A stretch of 64,000 nt of DNA from an uncultured Candidatus Rokubacteria bacterium (GCA_963762145.1 CAVXJS010000010.1:96001-160000); one strand, 5' to 3'; positions 12,306 to 23,516 are shown, counted from the stretch's first letter. Numbers and translations are program-made. Notes: generated from the letters alone by a model not told the origin.

Positions 12306-13079
12306 TTATTGTGCGGTGTAACCCCCGTCCACCGGCAGACAGGCGCCCGTGACGAAGGAGGCGTCGTCCGACGCCAGGAACAGCGCCGCCCGTGCGATCT
12401 CGTCGGGTTGGCCGAGCCGGCCCATCGGGTGCTTCTCTTCCAGGAACTTCCGGCTCTCAGGCTTGTCGGTCAGTGCCTTCGTGAGGTTGGTGAAGACGAA
12501 CCCGGGGCACAGGGCGTTCACCCGCACGCCCTCCCGGGCGAAGTGCACGGCCATGTCCCGGGTGAGCTGGACCACCCCGCCCTTGCTGTGCACGTACGGG
12601 TCCAGCCCGGTCCCGATCTCCCGCGGCCGGCCCACGAGGCCGTAGATCGAGGACAGGTTCACGATCGAGCCGCCACCCTGCTTCACCATCTGGTCCGCGA
12701 CGGCCCTCGACATGAGAAACGTGCCCTTCATGTTGACGGCCATCACGTAGTCCCAGACCTTCTCCCAGTCCCAGTCGGCCGGCGCGTTCCGGGGGGCCAC
12801 GCCGGCGCTGTTCACGAGCACGTCCGCCCGGCCAAAGCGCTTGACCGTCTCATCGACGAGCCGTTGCGAGTCGGGACGGCTCGTCACGTCGCCGACCATC
12901 ACCAGCGCCTCGCCGCCGGCGCTCTTGACCTGGTCCGCCACCGTCTCCAGGTCTGTCGACGGCAGGTCGTTGAGCGCCACCTTCGCGCCCTCTTGCGCGA
13001 ACACCACGGCCGTCGCCGCGCCGATGCCCGATGCCGCACCCGTGATCAGCGCCACCTTGTCCCGAAGCCGGCCCGCCAT
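12306..13079 (-). CDS. Short-chain dehydrogenase/reductase
   Basis: TGAASGIG, YVHSK (YxxxK), RVNALCPG, VDGGYTAQ. Confidence 0.92.
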   Translation of the reverse strand: MAGRLRDKVALITGAASGIGAATAVVFAQEGAKVALNDLPSTDLETVADQVKSAGGEALVMVGDVTSRPDSQRLVDETVKRFGRADVLVNSAGVAPRNAPADWDWEKVWDYVMAVNMKGTFLMSRAVADQMVKQGGGSIVNLSSIYGLVGRPREIGTGLDPYVHSKGGVVQLTRDMAVHFAREGVRVNALCPGFVFTNLTKALTDKPESRKFLEEKHPMGRLGQPDEIARAALFLASDDASFVTGACLPVDGGYTAQ

Positions 13080-13229
13080 CTGGAGACCTCCGTGGATGTT
13101 CACGCTCAAAGGTGCTTCACCGTACCCAAGCCCGCGCCCCCGGTCAATGTCCACACGGCGGGGGGGCTGGTCGTGACGCGCCCGCGTGGGCTATTGTGGG
13201 GCGATCGTTTTCAGTGCCAGGAGGGCTCG

Positions 13230-14075
13230 ATGGACTTCCGCACCATCCGCTACGAAAAGCTCGGAGCCGTGCTGCGCATCACCGCGAACCGGCCCGAGGT
13301 GCTCAACGCCCAGAGCCGCGTGATGATCCTCGAGCTGGACGAGGCATTCCGCGCGGCGTCGGAGGACGACGCGACGCGCGTCATCATCGTGGCGGGCGCC
13401 GGGGCGCACTTCTCGGCGGGCCATGACCTCGGCAGCCCGGAGGAGCTCGAGGACCAGAAGGCCCACCCGGTCGGCCCGGGCATGCCCGAGAACCTCAAGC
13501 GGCTGTCCGACCTGTACCTCGAGGCCACTTTGCGCTGGCGCGACGTGCCCAAGCCGACCATCGCCCAGGTGCAGGGCTACTGCATCATGGGCGGGCTCAT
13601 GCTGGCCTCGTGCTGCGACCTCATCATCGCCGCCGACGACGCGCAGTTCGCCGACCGGATGGTGCGCTGGGGCGGCGCGCACGTGCAGTACTTCAGCATG
13701 CCGTGGGATCTCGGGCCGCGGAAGGCCAAGGAGTATCTCTTCACCGGCGACTACATCGACGCGGCCACGGCGCTCGATCTCGGTCTCGTCAACCGGGTCG
13801 TGCCACGCGCCGAGCTGGCCGACGCCACGCTCGAGCTGGCGGGCCGCATCGCGCTGCAGGATCCCTTCGCCCTCAAGCTCGCCAAGGCGTCGGTGAACGA
13901 GACGATGGACATCCAGGGCCAGCGCCGCGCCCTCGAGGCGGCGTTCAAGAACTACATGCTGACCATTCCCCACCGCCAGGCGCTCGGCACCTACGGCGCG
14001 GCGGCGCGGGCCAAGGGCGTGAAGGACCGGATCAAGGTGCGGGACGCGAAGTTCGGGGACGCCGCGGGCGGGTGA
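13230..14075 (+). CDS. Enoyl-CoA hydratase/isomerase family protein
   Basis: NRPEVLNA, FSAGHDLG, PKPTIAQVQGYCIMGG. Confidence 0.92.
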   Translation: MDFRTIRYEKLGAVLRITANRPEVLNAQSRVMILELDEAFRAASEDDATRVIIVAGAGAHFSAGHDLGSPEELEDQKAHPVGPGMPENLKRLSDLYLEATLRWRDVPKPTIAQVQGYCIMGGLMLASCCDLIIAADDAQFADRMVRWGGAHVQYFSMPWDLGPRKAKEYLFTGDYIDAATALDLGLVNRVVPRAELADATLELAGRIALQDPFALKLAKASVNETMDIQGQRRALEAAFKNYMLTIPHRQALGTYGAAARAKGVKDRIKVRDAKFGDAAGG

Positions 14076-15142
14076 TGGTGAAACGCCTTCTCGTCACCGA
14101 GGCCGGCGGCGGACCGAGCAATAACCTGATCCGGAGCCTGAAAGCGGGCGACCCGTCCCTCTTCGTCGCGGGATGCCAGAGCGACCGCTTCGTCCTCAAG
14201 AAATCGGCCGCGGAGCGCAACTTCCTCGTGCATCCGACCACGCATCGCGCCTTCCTCCGGGACGTGGGGCGCGTGGTCACGCGGGTCGGCGTCGACCTGC
14301 TGATCCCGACCACGGACGCGGATGTCCGGGCGCTCTCGCGTGCTCGGAGACTTCCCTGCCGCGTGTTCCTGCCACCCCGACCGGTGATCGAGCTCTGTCA
14401 GGACAAGTATCGGCTGAGCCGTTTCCTGAGGAGCCGCGCGGTGCCGGTGCCGCTGACGTACGCGGTGGGCAGTCTCGCGGCCGTACCCGGGATCTTTCGC
14501 CGCATGGGCCGAACGCCCCTCTGGTGCCGGGTGCGCGCGGGCAGCGGCTCCACTGCCGCGATACCGGTCCGGACCCCACAGCAGGCACAGGCCTGGATCG
14601 CCTACTGGTCCACGATGCGCGGCGTCCCCGTGAGGTCCTTCACGCTCTCCGAGTACTTGCCGGGTCGCGACTTCGGCTGCCAGAGCCTCTGGGACCGGGG
14701 CCGCCCGGTGTTGACGAAGGCGTTCGAGCGCCTCGCGTACATCGCACCCGGCGGTCATCCGAGCGGTGTGTCGTCGGTCGCCGCCCTGGCCAGGACGACG
14801 GCCGATCCGCAGGTGCGAGAGGTGACGACCCGGGCGGTGAGCGCGCTCGGACGGAATATCACCGGCCTGTTCAGCGTGGATCTCAAGGAGGACGGCGAGG
14901 GGACCGTGTGCGTCACCGAGATCAACGCGGGGCGCTTCCTGGCCGGGACGAATCTGCTGGACCTCAGTGGAAAGCACAACATGGCGGTGACCTACGTCCA
15001 GCTCGCCCTCGGCGAGCCGGTGGGATCCCTCGAGGAACCCGACGAGGCGACCGACCATTTCATGGTTCGCGATGTGGACACGCTGCCCGGAGTGTTCCAC
15101 ACTGAGGAGTTCTTCGCGGGGATCGAGGATGCGCGGAGCTAA
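14075..15142 (+). CDS. ATP-grasp domain protein
   Basis: Tail of ORF 13610-15142 from MVKRLLVT; LCQDKY, SEYLPGRDF, VDLKED, TEINAGRF. Confidence 0.85.
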   Translation: MVKRLLVTEAGGGPSNNLIRSLKAGDPSLFVAGCQSDRFVLKKSAAERNFLVHPTTHRAFLRDVGRVVTRVGVDLLIPTTDADVRALSRARRLPCRVFLPPRPVIELCQDKYRLSRFLRSRAVPVPLTYAVGSLAAVPGIFRRMGRTPLWCRVRAGSGSTAAIPVRTPQQAQAWIAYWSTMRGVPVRSFTLSEYLPGRDFGCQSLWDRGRPVLTKAFERLAYIAPGGHPSGVSSVAALARTTADPQVREVTTRAVSALGRNITGLFSVDLKEDGEGTVCVTEINAGRFLAGTNLLDLSGKHNMAVTYVQLALGEPVGSLEEPDEATDHFMVRDVDTLPGVFHTEEFFAGIEDARS

Positions 15143-15166
15143 CCCATCACACGGAGGAGAACCAGC

Positions 15167-15358
15167 ATGCCTATCATGTCAAAGCCGCCGATACCGCCGT
15201 ACGGGACACGACGTGTGGTCATCGTGCTCAAGGGGCCCAAGGAGACGCCGGTGATCAAGCGGTTCAACAAGGAGCTGAAGAAGGTCGCGAGGAAGTTCGG
15301 GGCGACCTTCAAGAAGCGGGCGACGGCCAAGCGGGCGAAGGCCAAGCGCAAGCGCTAG
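15167..15358 (+). CDS. Small basic peptide (63 aa)
   Basis: GGAGGAG RBS; PPIPPYG N-terminus and Lys/Arg-rich tail. Confidence 0.65.
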   Translation: MPIMSKPPIPPYGTRRVVIVLKGPKETPVIKRFNKELKKVARKFGATFKKRATAKRAKAKRKR

Positions 15359-18300
15359 ATCAGGCCAGGCGCTCGAGCGCGATCCGCGCCGGCCCGAGCC
15401 ACGCCTGCATGTCCATCTCGCCGAGGAGCCGGGTGGCGGCGGCAAGGTGCCGTCGCCCGGCGGCCGGGTCGGTGCCCTGCGCCAGGGAGCGGCCGAGCAC
15501 GAGGTGGCAGTGTGCCATCAGCGGGCGCATCCCCAGCTTCTCGGCCATCGTCAGGGCCGTGCGCCCGTATTCCATCGCCCGGGCCGCGTCCGGGGGGTCC
15601 GACCCGAGGGCGATCTCCGCGAGCAGACGAAGCGCCCAGCCCTCGTAGCCGGGCTCCTTGTGAGCGCGGGCGAGGGCCGAGCGCTTGCTCCGCACTCCGG
15701 CGCGCATCGTCATGCCGGCCCGCGAGCAGATAGGCTTCGCCCAGATACGCCAGCAGCAGGGAATGGCCCCCCTTCAGGCTCATCGCGGCGCCCTGGGCGA
15801 CCGCCGCCTCCGTCAGCGAGAGCGCTTCGGTCGACCGCCCGGCCAGCGCATAGGCGCAGCCCAGGGCGGAGGCCAGTCTCGGAAACCACAGCGGGCTGTT
15901 CCCGGCGCGGACGGCCTGGAGGCCCTGCTCGAGCGCCGCGATGGCCTTGTCCGCCTGCCCGCGACGGAGGTACGCCCAGCCCACACCGGCCTGCGCGACC
16001 GCTCGGCTGAGCGGGTGATCGGCGGATCCAACCATCGCGACGGCCTCCTCCCCGAGCGCGATGGCCTCGGAGAACTCGCCGAGCTCCGAGAGACACCAGG
16101 CCAGGCACGTCCGGGAGTGGATGGCGGGCGGCTGGGGCATGCCGAACCGCTCCCCGGCCGGCTCGCCGACGAGCGACCGCAGATTGTGGCGGAAGTGGGC
16201 CAGGGCTTCCCCGTATTCGGCTCCGACAAAGTAGATCTGGCCGAGCCAGGTGGTCGCCACGATCTGCAGGCCGAGGTCTCCGATCTCGCCGGCCACCGCG
16301 AGCGCACGCTTTCCCCACTGGATCGCGCGGTCCTGGTCGCCGGTCAGGCGGAAGTAGTCGGCCAGATAGGCCGCCACCCGCCCGAGCCTCCTCGGATCGG
16401 GGAGGGCCGCCGCGAGCGCCTCGGCTTCATAGAGGCGCTCGAGGATGGACCCGAACTCGCCGAGCGGCTGCAGCGCGTTACGGAGCTCGAACCGGAGATC
16501 GATCGCCTGCTCGCGTAGCTCGCGACTGTCGGGCAGGTGCTGGAGAGCGCTCAGCGCCTGGTCGAACCAGACCACGGCTTCCCGGTTGGCCGAGCGCGCG
16601 AACGCCTTCGCTGCCGCCTGCCGCAGGTAACGGGCCGCCCGATCCCAGAGCTCGGCGTCGGAGGCGTGACGAGCCAGCCGCTCGACGTGCTCGCTCAGCC
16701 GCTCGGGATAGAGGCGCTCGAGGGCCTCCACGATCCGGGCATGGAGCCGGCGCTGCTGTTCCCGCAGCAGCGAGTGGTAGGCCACCCGCTGCGTCAACCC
16801 GTGCTTGAAGACGTAGTAGGGCTCCTGGAGCAGGCTGATGTCATAGAGGAACTCGGCGGCCCGGAGGCGCGTCAGGGCATCGCGGAGCTCCTGTTCCGAC
16901 ATCTCGGCGACGGACTGGAGCAGGACGACGGGCACATTGTCTCCGATGACCGCCGCGGCCTGGAGCAGGGCCTTGTCCCCCGGCGCGAGGCGGTCGATCC
17001 GCGCCGCCAGGACCGCCTCGACGGAGGCCGGCACCCGGAGCGTCTCGGTGGGCTTCGTCAGTCGATAGTCTCCCCGCTCCCCGACGAGGGCGCCGTCCTC
17101 GACCTTCATGCGAACGCACTCCTCGAGGAAGAACGGGTTGCCCCTGGTCTGCTCGATGAGCAGCCGTTTGAGGGGCGCAACCTGGTCGTCGTCGCCGAGC
17201 ATCACGCGGAGGAGCTCCTCCGCCTTCTGGGGAAGCAGCGGATGAACGCCGAGCTGCGTGTAGTAGCTCTTGGTGCCCCACTCGTGCCGGTATTCCGGGC
17301 GGTAGTTGACGAGCAGGAGAACCCGCGCGGCGGGGAGGTGCTGGATCAAGGCGTCGAGGAACGCCTGGGTCTCGGAGTCGATCCAGTGCAGGTCCTCGAC
17401 GACAACGCACAGCGGCTGGACCTGACTCTCCCGCAGCAGGAGGCGACGGACCGCGTCCATCGTCTGCTCCCTCCGCTGGAGGGGACCCAATGCCTGCCAC
17501 TGCGGATCCTCGACCGGCACGTCGAGGAGCGACAGGAGAGCCGGCCCGATCACGGCCAGCTCCTTGTCGAGCGCCAGCACATGGCCGACGATCCTGTCGT
17601 GCACCTCTTGCCGGTCGCCCCGGTCGTAGACCTCGAAGTACGCGCGGAGCAGGTCGATGACCGGCCGGTAGGCGGTCGCCTTGTCGTAGGAGAAGGCGCC
17701 CGTCTTCACGATTCGCCAGCCGGGCATTCGCTCTGCGCGGGTGAATTCGTGGAAGAGCCGCGATTTTCCGACACCCGGCTCTCCCATGACCCCGACGACC
17801 CGGCCCCGGCCGCCGGCCGCCGATCGCATCGCCGAGTCGAGCAGGGCCAGCTCTTCTTCGCGGCCCACGAAGCTGGTCAGCCCGCGCGCCGCCGCCACCT
17901 CCATCGGCCAGCGGGCCGCGCCGGTCCCCGTGACGGCGTACACGTCGACCAGCGTCTGCAGGCCGCGAACCGACTGCGGGCCGATGGACACCGCCTCGAT
18001 GTAGCCTTGCACCAGCGCGACGGTATCGGCGGTGGCGAGAATGGCGCCGGGCTTCGCCATCTGCTCCATGCGGGAGGCCAGGTGCGTGGTCTGCCCCACC
18101 GCCGAGTAATCCATCTTGAGGTCGCTGCCGATCGCTCGAACCACCACCTCCCCGGAGTTCAGGCCCACCCGGATCTGTGGCTCGATTCCATGCACCCGAC
18201 GAACGCTTTCCGCGTACCGCTTGACCGACTCCTGCATCCTCAGCGCGGCATAGCAGGCCCGCACCGCGTGATCTTCGTGGGCCAGCGGTGCGCCGAACAG

Positions 18301-18726
18301 CGCCATGATTCCGTCCCCCATCACCTGGTTGACGGTACCCTCGTAACGGTGAACCGCCTCCATCATCCGTTCGAGCACCGGATCGAGGAGCTTGCGCGAT
18401 TCTTCGGGATCGCGGTCGGCGAGGAGCTCCAGGGACCCTCGGAGATCGGCGAACAGCACCGTCACCCGTTTGCGCTCGCCCTCCAGCGCGCCCTTCGACA
18501 TCAGGATCTTCTGGGCGAGATGCCGTGGCGTATAGGCTTCCGGCGAGACGAGGCGTGGCGGTGGGGTCCCGCCTCCTTCTACGGAGTGGCCGCACTGGGT
18601 ACAGAACTTCGCGGTCTCGACGAGCCGGGTGCCGCAATTGGAGCAGGCCCGCTCCAGCAGCGTGGCGCACTCCTCACAGAACTTGGCCTGTGGGGAGTTC
18701 TCGTGCTGGCACCGGGCACACCGCAT
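15357..18726 (-). CDS. Double zinc ribbon / adenylate cyclase / AAA ATPase / TPR protein (frameshift near 15690)
   Basis: CxxC ribbons, TVLFADLRGS, GDGIMALFGAP, Walker A GEPGVGKSRL, EDLHW; C-terminus continues in ORF 15360-15713. Confidence 0.93.
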
Positions 18727-18774
18727 ACAACCTCCCTGCGAGCTAGAGATTCGGTGTGCAGAGCTTAGCGACCC

Positions 18775-18904
18775 ATGAGACCAAAGTCCACTGGGCGAGG
18801 GGATTCCTCGTCACTAGACTGAAGGGGTGGAAAAGTCAGACGACCTGAGACGGGCCACCGCGCTCTGGCGGGCGGCCTACCGCTACCAGATCGACGGCGA
18901 GCTC
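18775..18904 (+). repeat. Diverged copy of the TPR gene promoter and 5' end
   Basis: Matches 9577-9707 (CATGAGACCAAAGTCCACTGGGCGAGGGG...GAGCTC) with scattered substitutions. Confidence 0.92.
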
Positions 18905-18968
18905 ACGCTGCCGCGCGGTCAGTCACAGGACAGTCGTGGACAGAGTGCAGGCTCACAAGGAGACAGCC

Positions 18969-19298
18969 ATGGAATTCCACGGTGTTGATGTCGGGACCCA
19001 GTTCAAGCGCATGCGGGAACTCGTGCCGGAAGCGTACCGGGCTTTTCTCGAGTTCGATCAGAAGGCGTTCAAGGACGGCGCGCTCCCCGGCAAGACCAAG
19101 GAGCTCATGGCGCTCGGCATCGCTCAGATCACGCAGTGCCCATGGTGCATCCAGGCCCATACGAAGAAGGCAGCGCTGGCCGGAGCCTCCGACGCGGAGA
19201 TCGCGGAGACGACCTTCGTCGCGATGGCGATGGCGGCCGGGGCGGCGTGGAGCCACGGGGGGCTCGCGCTACAGTGCCTCCAGGAACACAAGGGCTAG
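18969..19298 (+). CDS. Carboxymuconolactone decarboxylase / AhpD-like protein
   Basis: GALPGKTKELMALGIAQITQCPWCIQAH. Confidence 0.92.
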   Translation: MEFHGVDVGTQFKRMRELVPEAYRAFLEFDQKAFKDGALPGKTKELMALGIAQITQCPWCIQAHTKKAALAGASDAEIAETTFVAMAMAAGAAWSHGGLALQCLQEHKG

Positions 19299-19333
19299 TT
19301 TCGAACTCACCGTCGGGCACGCCTAGGAAGACG

Positions 19334-19391
19334 CCTCAGCGCGCGGGCTGCGCCGCCGCGCGAAGCCGAGCCGTCTCCTCCGGGACGACCT
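19334..19391 (-). repeat. Copy of the hydantoinase B 3' end, including the stop codon
   Basis: CCTCAGCGCGCGGGCTGCGCCGCCGCGCGAAGC...GGGACGACCT matches 36324-36381. Confidence 0.92.
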
Positions 19392-19404
19392 GCCGCGCTC
19401 GCAA

Positions 19405-20043
19405 TCATAGGTTCGGGTCAGCCGTCACACCCTTGATGCGGGAGAGAACCCGCTCCTTGAAATGGGCTTCTTTGGTCGGATCGCCAATCTCCTTCGCAAT
19501 GGCCTCGACCAAGTGGGTGAGCTGTTGGGGTGAGCTCAGGGCGGTGACATGCGCAAGGTGCTCCTGGCAGATCACCTCCGCCATCGGGCCCAGAAACTCC
19601 GTCAGTTCGGGCTCGATCACCGACCGGAGCGACTCCAGCGCTTGTCTCGTGGAGGGTGTCGGCGACGTAGACTGAGGCGGGTTCGCCGGCGTGGAGTCCT
19701 CCGGAATCAAGAGGGCCAGCAAGTCGAGTGTCGGCGGCAGGCCACGGTCGGTCCGGTCGACGGGCTCCTCGACGAAGCGGTATCGGCCGGCGGCGAAGGC
19801 CCTCATCGCGGGCAGGGCGTCGGGTCCTCGCAGCAGCCGGTGGCTCAAGCCGACGATCTCTCCGCTGCGCAGGATGAACTGGGCGACGTGGTTGTCCGCC
19901 GTGATGATGAACATGATCCCGGAGCGCTTGGCACCACATAACGATTGGAGCGCGTCGATGATGGCATCGTGCGGCAGGAGAACGGACCCGTCGCTCGCGA
20001 CTGCTGACCCTGCCGGCGGCGAGCCCGCCAGGTCCTGTGACAT
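19405..20043 (-). CDS. DUF4388/PATAN-like domain protein
   Basis: RSGIMFI...FILRSGEI...G.DAL...GRYRF pattern; C-terminal LTEFLGPMAEVIC domain. Confidence 0.6.
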   Translation of the reverse strand: MSQDLAGSPPAGSAVASDGSVLLPHDAIIDALQSLCGAKRSGIMFIITADNHVAQFILRSGEIVGLSHRLLRGPDALPAMRAFAAGRYRFVEEPVDRTDRGLPPTLDLLALLIPEDSTPANPPQSTSPTPSTRQALESLRSVIEPELTEFLGPMAEVICQEHLAHVTALSSPQQLTHLVEAIAKEIGDPTKEAHFKERVLSRIKGVTADPNL

Positions 20044-20057
20044 TCAGGGCGCCTGTC

Positions 20058-21212
20058 TCAACCCGCGGGCCGGCGAGGATCGATCACGTTGGCGCTGGGC
20101 TGCCGCCAGACACCACGCGCGGCGCTCGCCGGCTCGTCGCGGACCGGGGTCAGCCGTCCCATGGCCACCTTGATGCTGGCGCGCATGCGGTCGATGGTGC
20201 GGGCGAGCGCGCCGATCTCGTCCGAGCGGCTCACCTCGTTGATGGTGGCCTTGAGGTTGCCGCGGCTGATCTCATCGGCGGTCCGCGTCAGGCTCCGGAT
20301 GGGCCGGGTCAGCTGCTGGGCGAAGAGGAAGGCCACCAGGCCGACGAACAGAAGGGTGAGCGCCAGCAGGACCAGCGCGTTGCGGTTGGCCTCGGCGATG
20401 AGCGCGTACGCCTCTGCGGCGTCCTGCTGGACCACCAGCGTCCAGCCGAACTTGCTCTTGCGCGCATAGCCGAGCACGGGCCGGCCTTGCTCGTTGGTGT
20501 AGGTGACCTGCTTCTTGGGGAGGTCGGACGCGCCCAGGAATGCGGCATGCTGGCTCATGTCTTTCAGGGTCTCGACGTACTCGCGTTTCGGATGGGCGAT
20601 GACCTTGCCGGTGCTGTCCAGCAGAAAGGCGTATCCCGTTTGACCGATCTGCACATTGGTGACGCTGCCGGAGACGTCGTTGATGGTCATGCCAATGGCC
20701 AGGACGCCAGCCAGCCGCTGCTCTCCCGTGATGGGGACGGACAGGATCAGGGCCGGCTGGCCGTTGGTCCGGCTGATCACGACCTGTTGACCCAGCGGCG
20801 CGCCCCGGAGTACCTGCTGGACATAGATCCGGTCCCCGTAGTTCTTCGGGGCCTCCTGATCGCTTCGGCCCACGTTACTGCCGTCGGGGGCGATGGTGAA
20901 GGCCAGGTAAATCGCCTTGTACTCGTTCACGATGGAGAGCAGCGTCCGCCGCTGCCGCTTGGGATCCATGACAATGATGTCGTCGACGGCGGCATTCTGT
21001 CGCAGCATCTTGACGTTCATGTCTACCCAGGCATCCACGTAACTCACGACCGCATCGGCGCGGTCTCCGAGCTGCTGGTCTACCTGACCCGACAGGCGCG
21101 CCGTCGCGGAAGCATAGTTGAGGTACCAGATGGCGCTCAGCGGAATCACCGCGACACCAATCATGGTGAGGAGCACCTTGGGGAAGATCCCGAACCTCGA
21201 GCGCGTGGTCAT
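20058..21212 (-). CDS. Membrane sensor with Cache and HAMP domains and no output domain
   Basis: Two TMs, IGQTGYAFLLD...IAHP, HAMP TRPIRSL...DEIGALA, ORF ends shortly after. Confidence 0.85.
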   Translation of the reverse strand: MTTRSRFGIFPKVLLTMIGVAVIPLSAIWYLNYASATARLSGQVDQQLGDRADAVVSYVDAWVDMNVKMLRQNAAVDDIIVMDPKRQRRTLLSIVNEYKAIYLAFTIAPDGSNVGRSDQEAPKNYGDRIYVQQVLRGAPLGQQVVISRTNGQPALILSVPITGEQRLAGVLAIGMTINDVSGSVTNVQIGQTGYAFLLDSTGKVIAHPKREYVETLKDMSQHAAFLGASDLPKKQVTYTNEQGRPVLGYARKSKFGWTLVVQQDAAEAYALIAEANRNALVLLALTLLFVGLVAFLFAQQLTRPIRSLTRTADEISRGNLKATINEVSRSDEIGALARTIDRMRASIKVAMGRLTPVRDEPASAARGVWRQPSANVIDPRRPAG

Positions 21213-21229
21213 ACGAACCTGCTCATCGA

Positions 21230-22138
21230 CTAGTGCCCATTGCCGTGCGCGGCGCCTTGACCCTTCCCGTTACACCCCACGCCGGCCCCGCCCCCTACTC
21301 CTCCGCCACAGCCACGTCCGCCGGTCCCGCCCCCGCCGCTCACGCCACTCGCGACAACGCCGGTAATGAGATTCAGCGGGGACGTGCGAAGGATTTGATC
21401 CAGCACCGTCCCCCATGGATCGCCTGGCGTATCAGTGCTGGAAGAAAGGAAGGTATCCCTCGCAGTCCGTTCGAGCTCCGCGCGCCAGAGGCTGCCGCTG
21501 AAACCATCGGGCAGGCTGAAGGGTTGCGGTCCGCTCGCGAGATCGGCCCAGGTGCTCGCGGCCTCGGCCGGCGAGAGGGCCCGAAGGCGGCCCGCCGCCA
21601 CGTCGTAGACCTGGCCGGCACGGACGGGTACTTCGGCGGTCCCGATCTGATCTGCCCGGGTGACGCCCACGGTTCCACGCGTCACCGTGATGAGGGTATT
21701 CGGCGTCGCACCGGGGATCGCGGGCGGGAGCACCTCGACGATCACGACAGTGCCTCGAATCGCGGCGATCGCGTTCGGTGTTCGGATCTCGATCGTCTCA
21801 CCGGAACGCATGCGACTGGGTGCGGCGCTGACGGCGAGCTTGCCCCAGGTCAATCGCACGGTCTGCTCGCGGCCGTCCTCGGTGATCGTGAAGACCGACA
21901 GCTCCCGGACGGTGACCAGGGCTTTGCCGCGCAGGAGCACTCGCACCAGTGAGCCTTCACGCGTGTTGATACGGTCGTGCTCGAAGAGATCGTCCTTGAA
22001 GCGGAGTGGCTGCGGCGTGGCCGGAGCGCGCCGGGTCAGTGTGGCTTGGCCCGACAACATGGTGACGACGCCTTGCGACGGCTGGGCGACGGCAACCGCG
22101 GGCAGGAGCACGAGGATGATGGCGAAACCCAGTCTCAT
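21230..22138 (-). CDS. FecR domain exported protein with Gly-rich tail
   Basis: Signal peptide, IRTPNAIAAIRGT motif. Confidence 0.8.
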   Translation of the reverse strand: MRLGFAIILVLLPAVAVAQPSQGVVTMLSGQATLTRRAPATPQPLRFKDDLFEHDRINTREGSLVRVLLRGKALVTVRELSVFTITEDGREQTVRLTWGKLAVSAAPSRMRSGETIEIRTPNAIAAIRGTVVIVEVLPPAIPGATPNTLITVTRGTVGVTRADQIGTAEVPVRAGQVYDVAAGRLRALSPAEAASTWADLASGPQPFSLPDGFSGSLWRAELERTARDTFLSSSTDTPGDPWGTVLDQILRTSPLNLITGVVASGVSGGGGTGGRGCGGGVGGGAGVGCNGKGQGAAHGNGH

Positions 22139-22680
22139 CTGGCGAATCCTGTTCTGGCCAGTGCGGGCACTCGATGCCTTCAGTGCAGGAAGACGTGTGG
22201 TCCGGCCGCTCATAGAGAGGTGCAAGCGGGCTGCCAAGGGCGTTGGTCGCTCGCGAAACCGGAAAGGGAACCTTTGTCAGGTGATGGTGCGTGGCCGGCG
22301 TGTGCGTCGAGCCAATTGCCGTTTCATTCGGAGACATCCTGGACGTCCGACAGGTGACGCGGAGGGGAAGTCCCGCAAGCTCTGCATGGGGCCAGATCTG
22401 GAATTCCGACACGCATCTTGAGCTCAGCGGAGAGACCAGCGGTTCAAGGGGCGTCCTGGCTTTCCACTCCATGCGCCCGCGAGGAGCTGGCCACGCGCGT
22501 CCAGCAACTACTCGAGGCTGAGACAAAATAACGCGCAGTGACCGCCTGCCGACAGGTCACTGACGGCAAATCATCGTGTTCTCGAGGGGTCGTACATTAA
22601 ACGACCGTGAAATCACTCGGTAGCCCCGCGCACGGCTTGGCAGACGGTATGCACCACCAGGACCACTACGCCAGGACTCA

Positions 22681-23151
22681 ATGCGCAGGAGGCTCCTCGA
22701 TATGATGCCAGTGCTCGCACTCACAGCGATCGTAGCTCTCGTAGTCGTAAGCCCGGTGGCGGCGGATAGTGTCAGCATTGGCGTCAAGATTGACGTGCCG
22801 ACGCCACCGCGGGTTGTCGTTGTGCCTCCACCCCCGCCGGTCGTCCTCGGGGCTCCCCCCAAGCTCGTTGTAGTCTCGGGTTCGCCCGTATTCTATGCGC
22901 CGGGCATCGGCATCAATTTCTTCGCTTACGGCGGCCGCTACTACAGCTTCCACGAGGGGGCGTGGTTTGTCGCGACGACACATGGCGGCCCGTGGGCGAC
23001 GATTGCGCTAGGTCGAGTGCCGCAGCCAGTCCGCGCGGTTCCGGTCGCGTACTACAAGATTCCTCCGGGGCACGCGAAGAAGATGGAGGGCCGGGGTGAA
23101 GCGCCAGGACGCGGCTGCCCGCCCGGGCTCGCCAAACAGGGGCGCTGCTAG
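22681..23151 (+). CDS. Exported proline-rich hypothetical protein
   Basis: Signal peptide, PPPPP tract, IPPGHAKK and CPPGLAKQGRC. Confidence 0.75.
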   Translation: MRRRLLDMMPVLALTAIVALVVVSPVAADSVSIGVKIDVPTPPRVVVVPPPPPVVLGAPPKLVVVSGSPVFYAPGIGINFFAYGGRYYSFHEGAWFVATTHGGPWATIALGRVPQPVRAVPVAYYKIPPGHAKKMEGRGEAPGRGCPPGLAKQGRC

Positions 23152-23153
23152 AC

Positions 23154-23462
23154 ATGCGCTTCGTCATTGCGGTAGCACTTAGCGCAGGCATCGTACTCGT
23201 CGCCGGGCGGGTGGACGCTCAGTACCGGTACACGGACGACAAGGGTGTCAGCAAGATTACCCAGTACAAGCTGCACGTCCCCGCTCACTATCGCGACGCC
23301 GCCGTCTGGATCGGACCAACCGGTGTTGGCCGTCCGGGTTTGAGTGAGGAACAGCGGCAGTGGAAGCGTCGTGAAGACGCATACCGCCGCATCGGGATGG
23401 CGATCGATGCCAGAAGAAATCGGCCGGCGGAAAATCCGGCAGGTTTCAGCGGGAAGCAGTAG
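23154..23462 (+). CDS. Small exported protein (DUF4124-like N-terminus)
   Basis: Signal peptide followed by YRYTDDKG. Confidence 0.6.
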   Translation: MRFVIAVALSAGIVLVAGRVDAQYRYTDDKGVSKITQYKLHVPAHYRDAAVWIGPTGVGRPGLSEEQRQWKRREDAYRRIGMAIDARRNRPAENPAGFSGKQ

Positions 23463-23516
23463 AGCTAGAACGCCAGCGCCAGTTGCGAGGTGATTAGCGT
23501 TACTGGTCAGGCGCGA

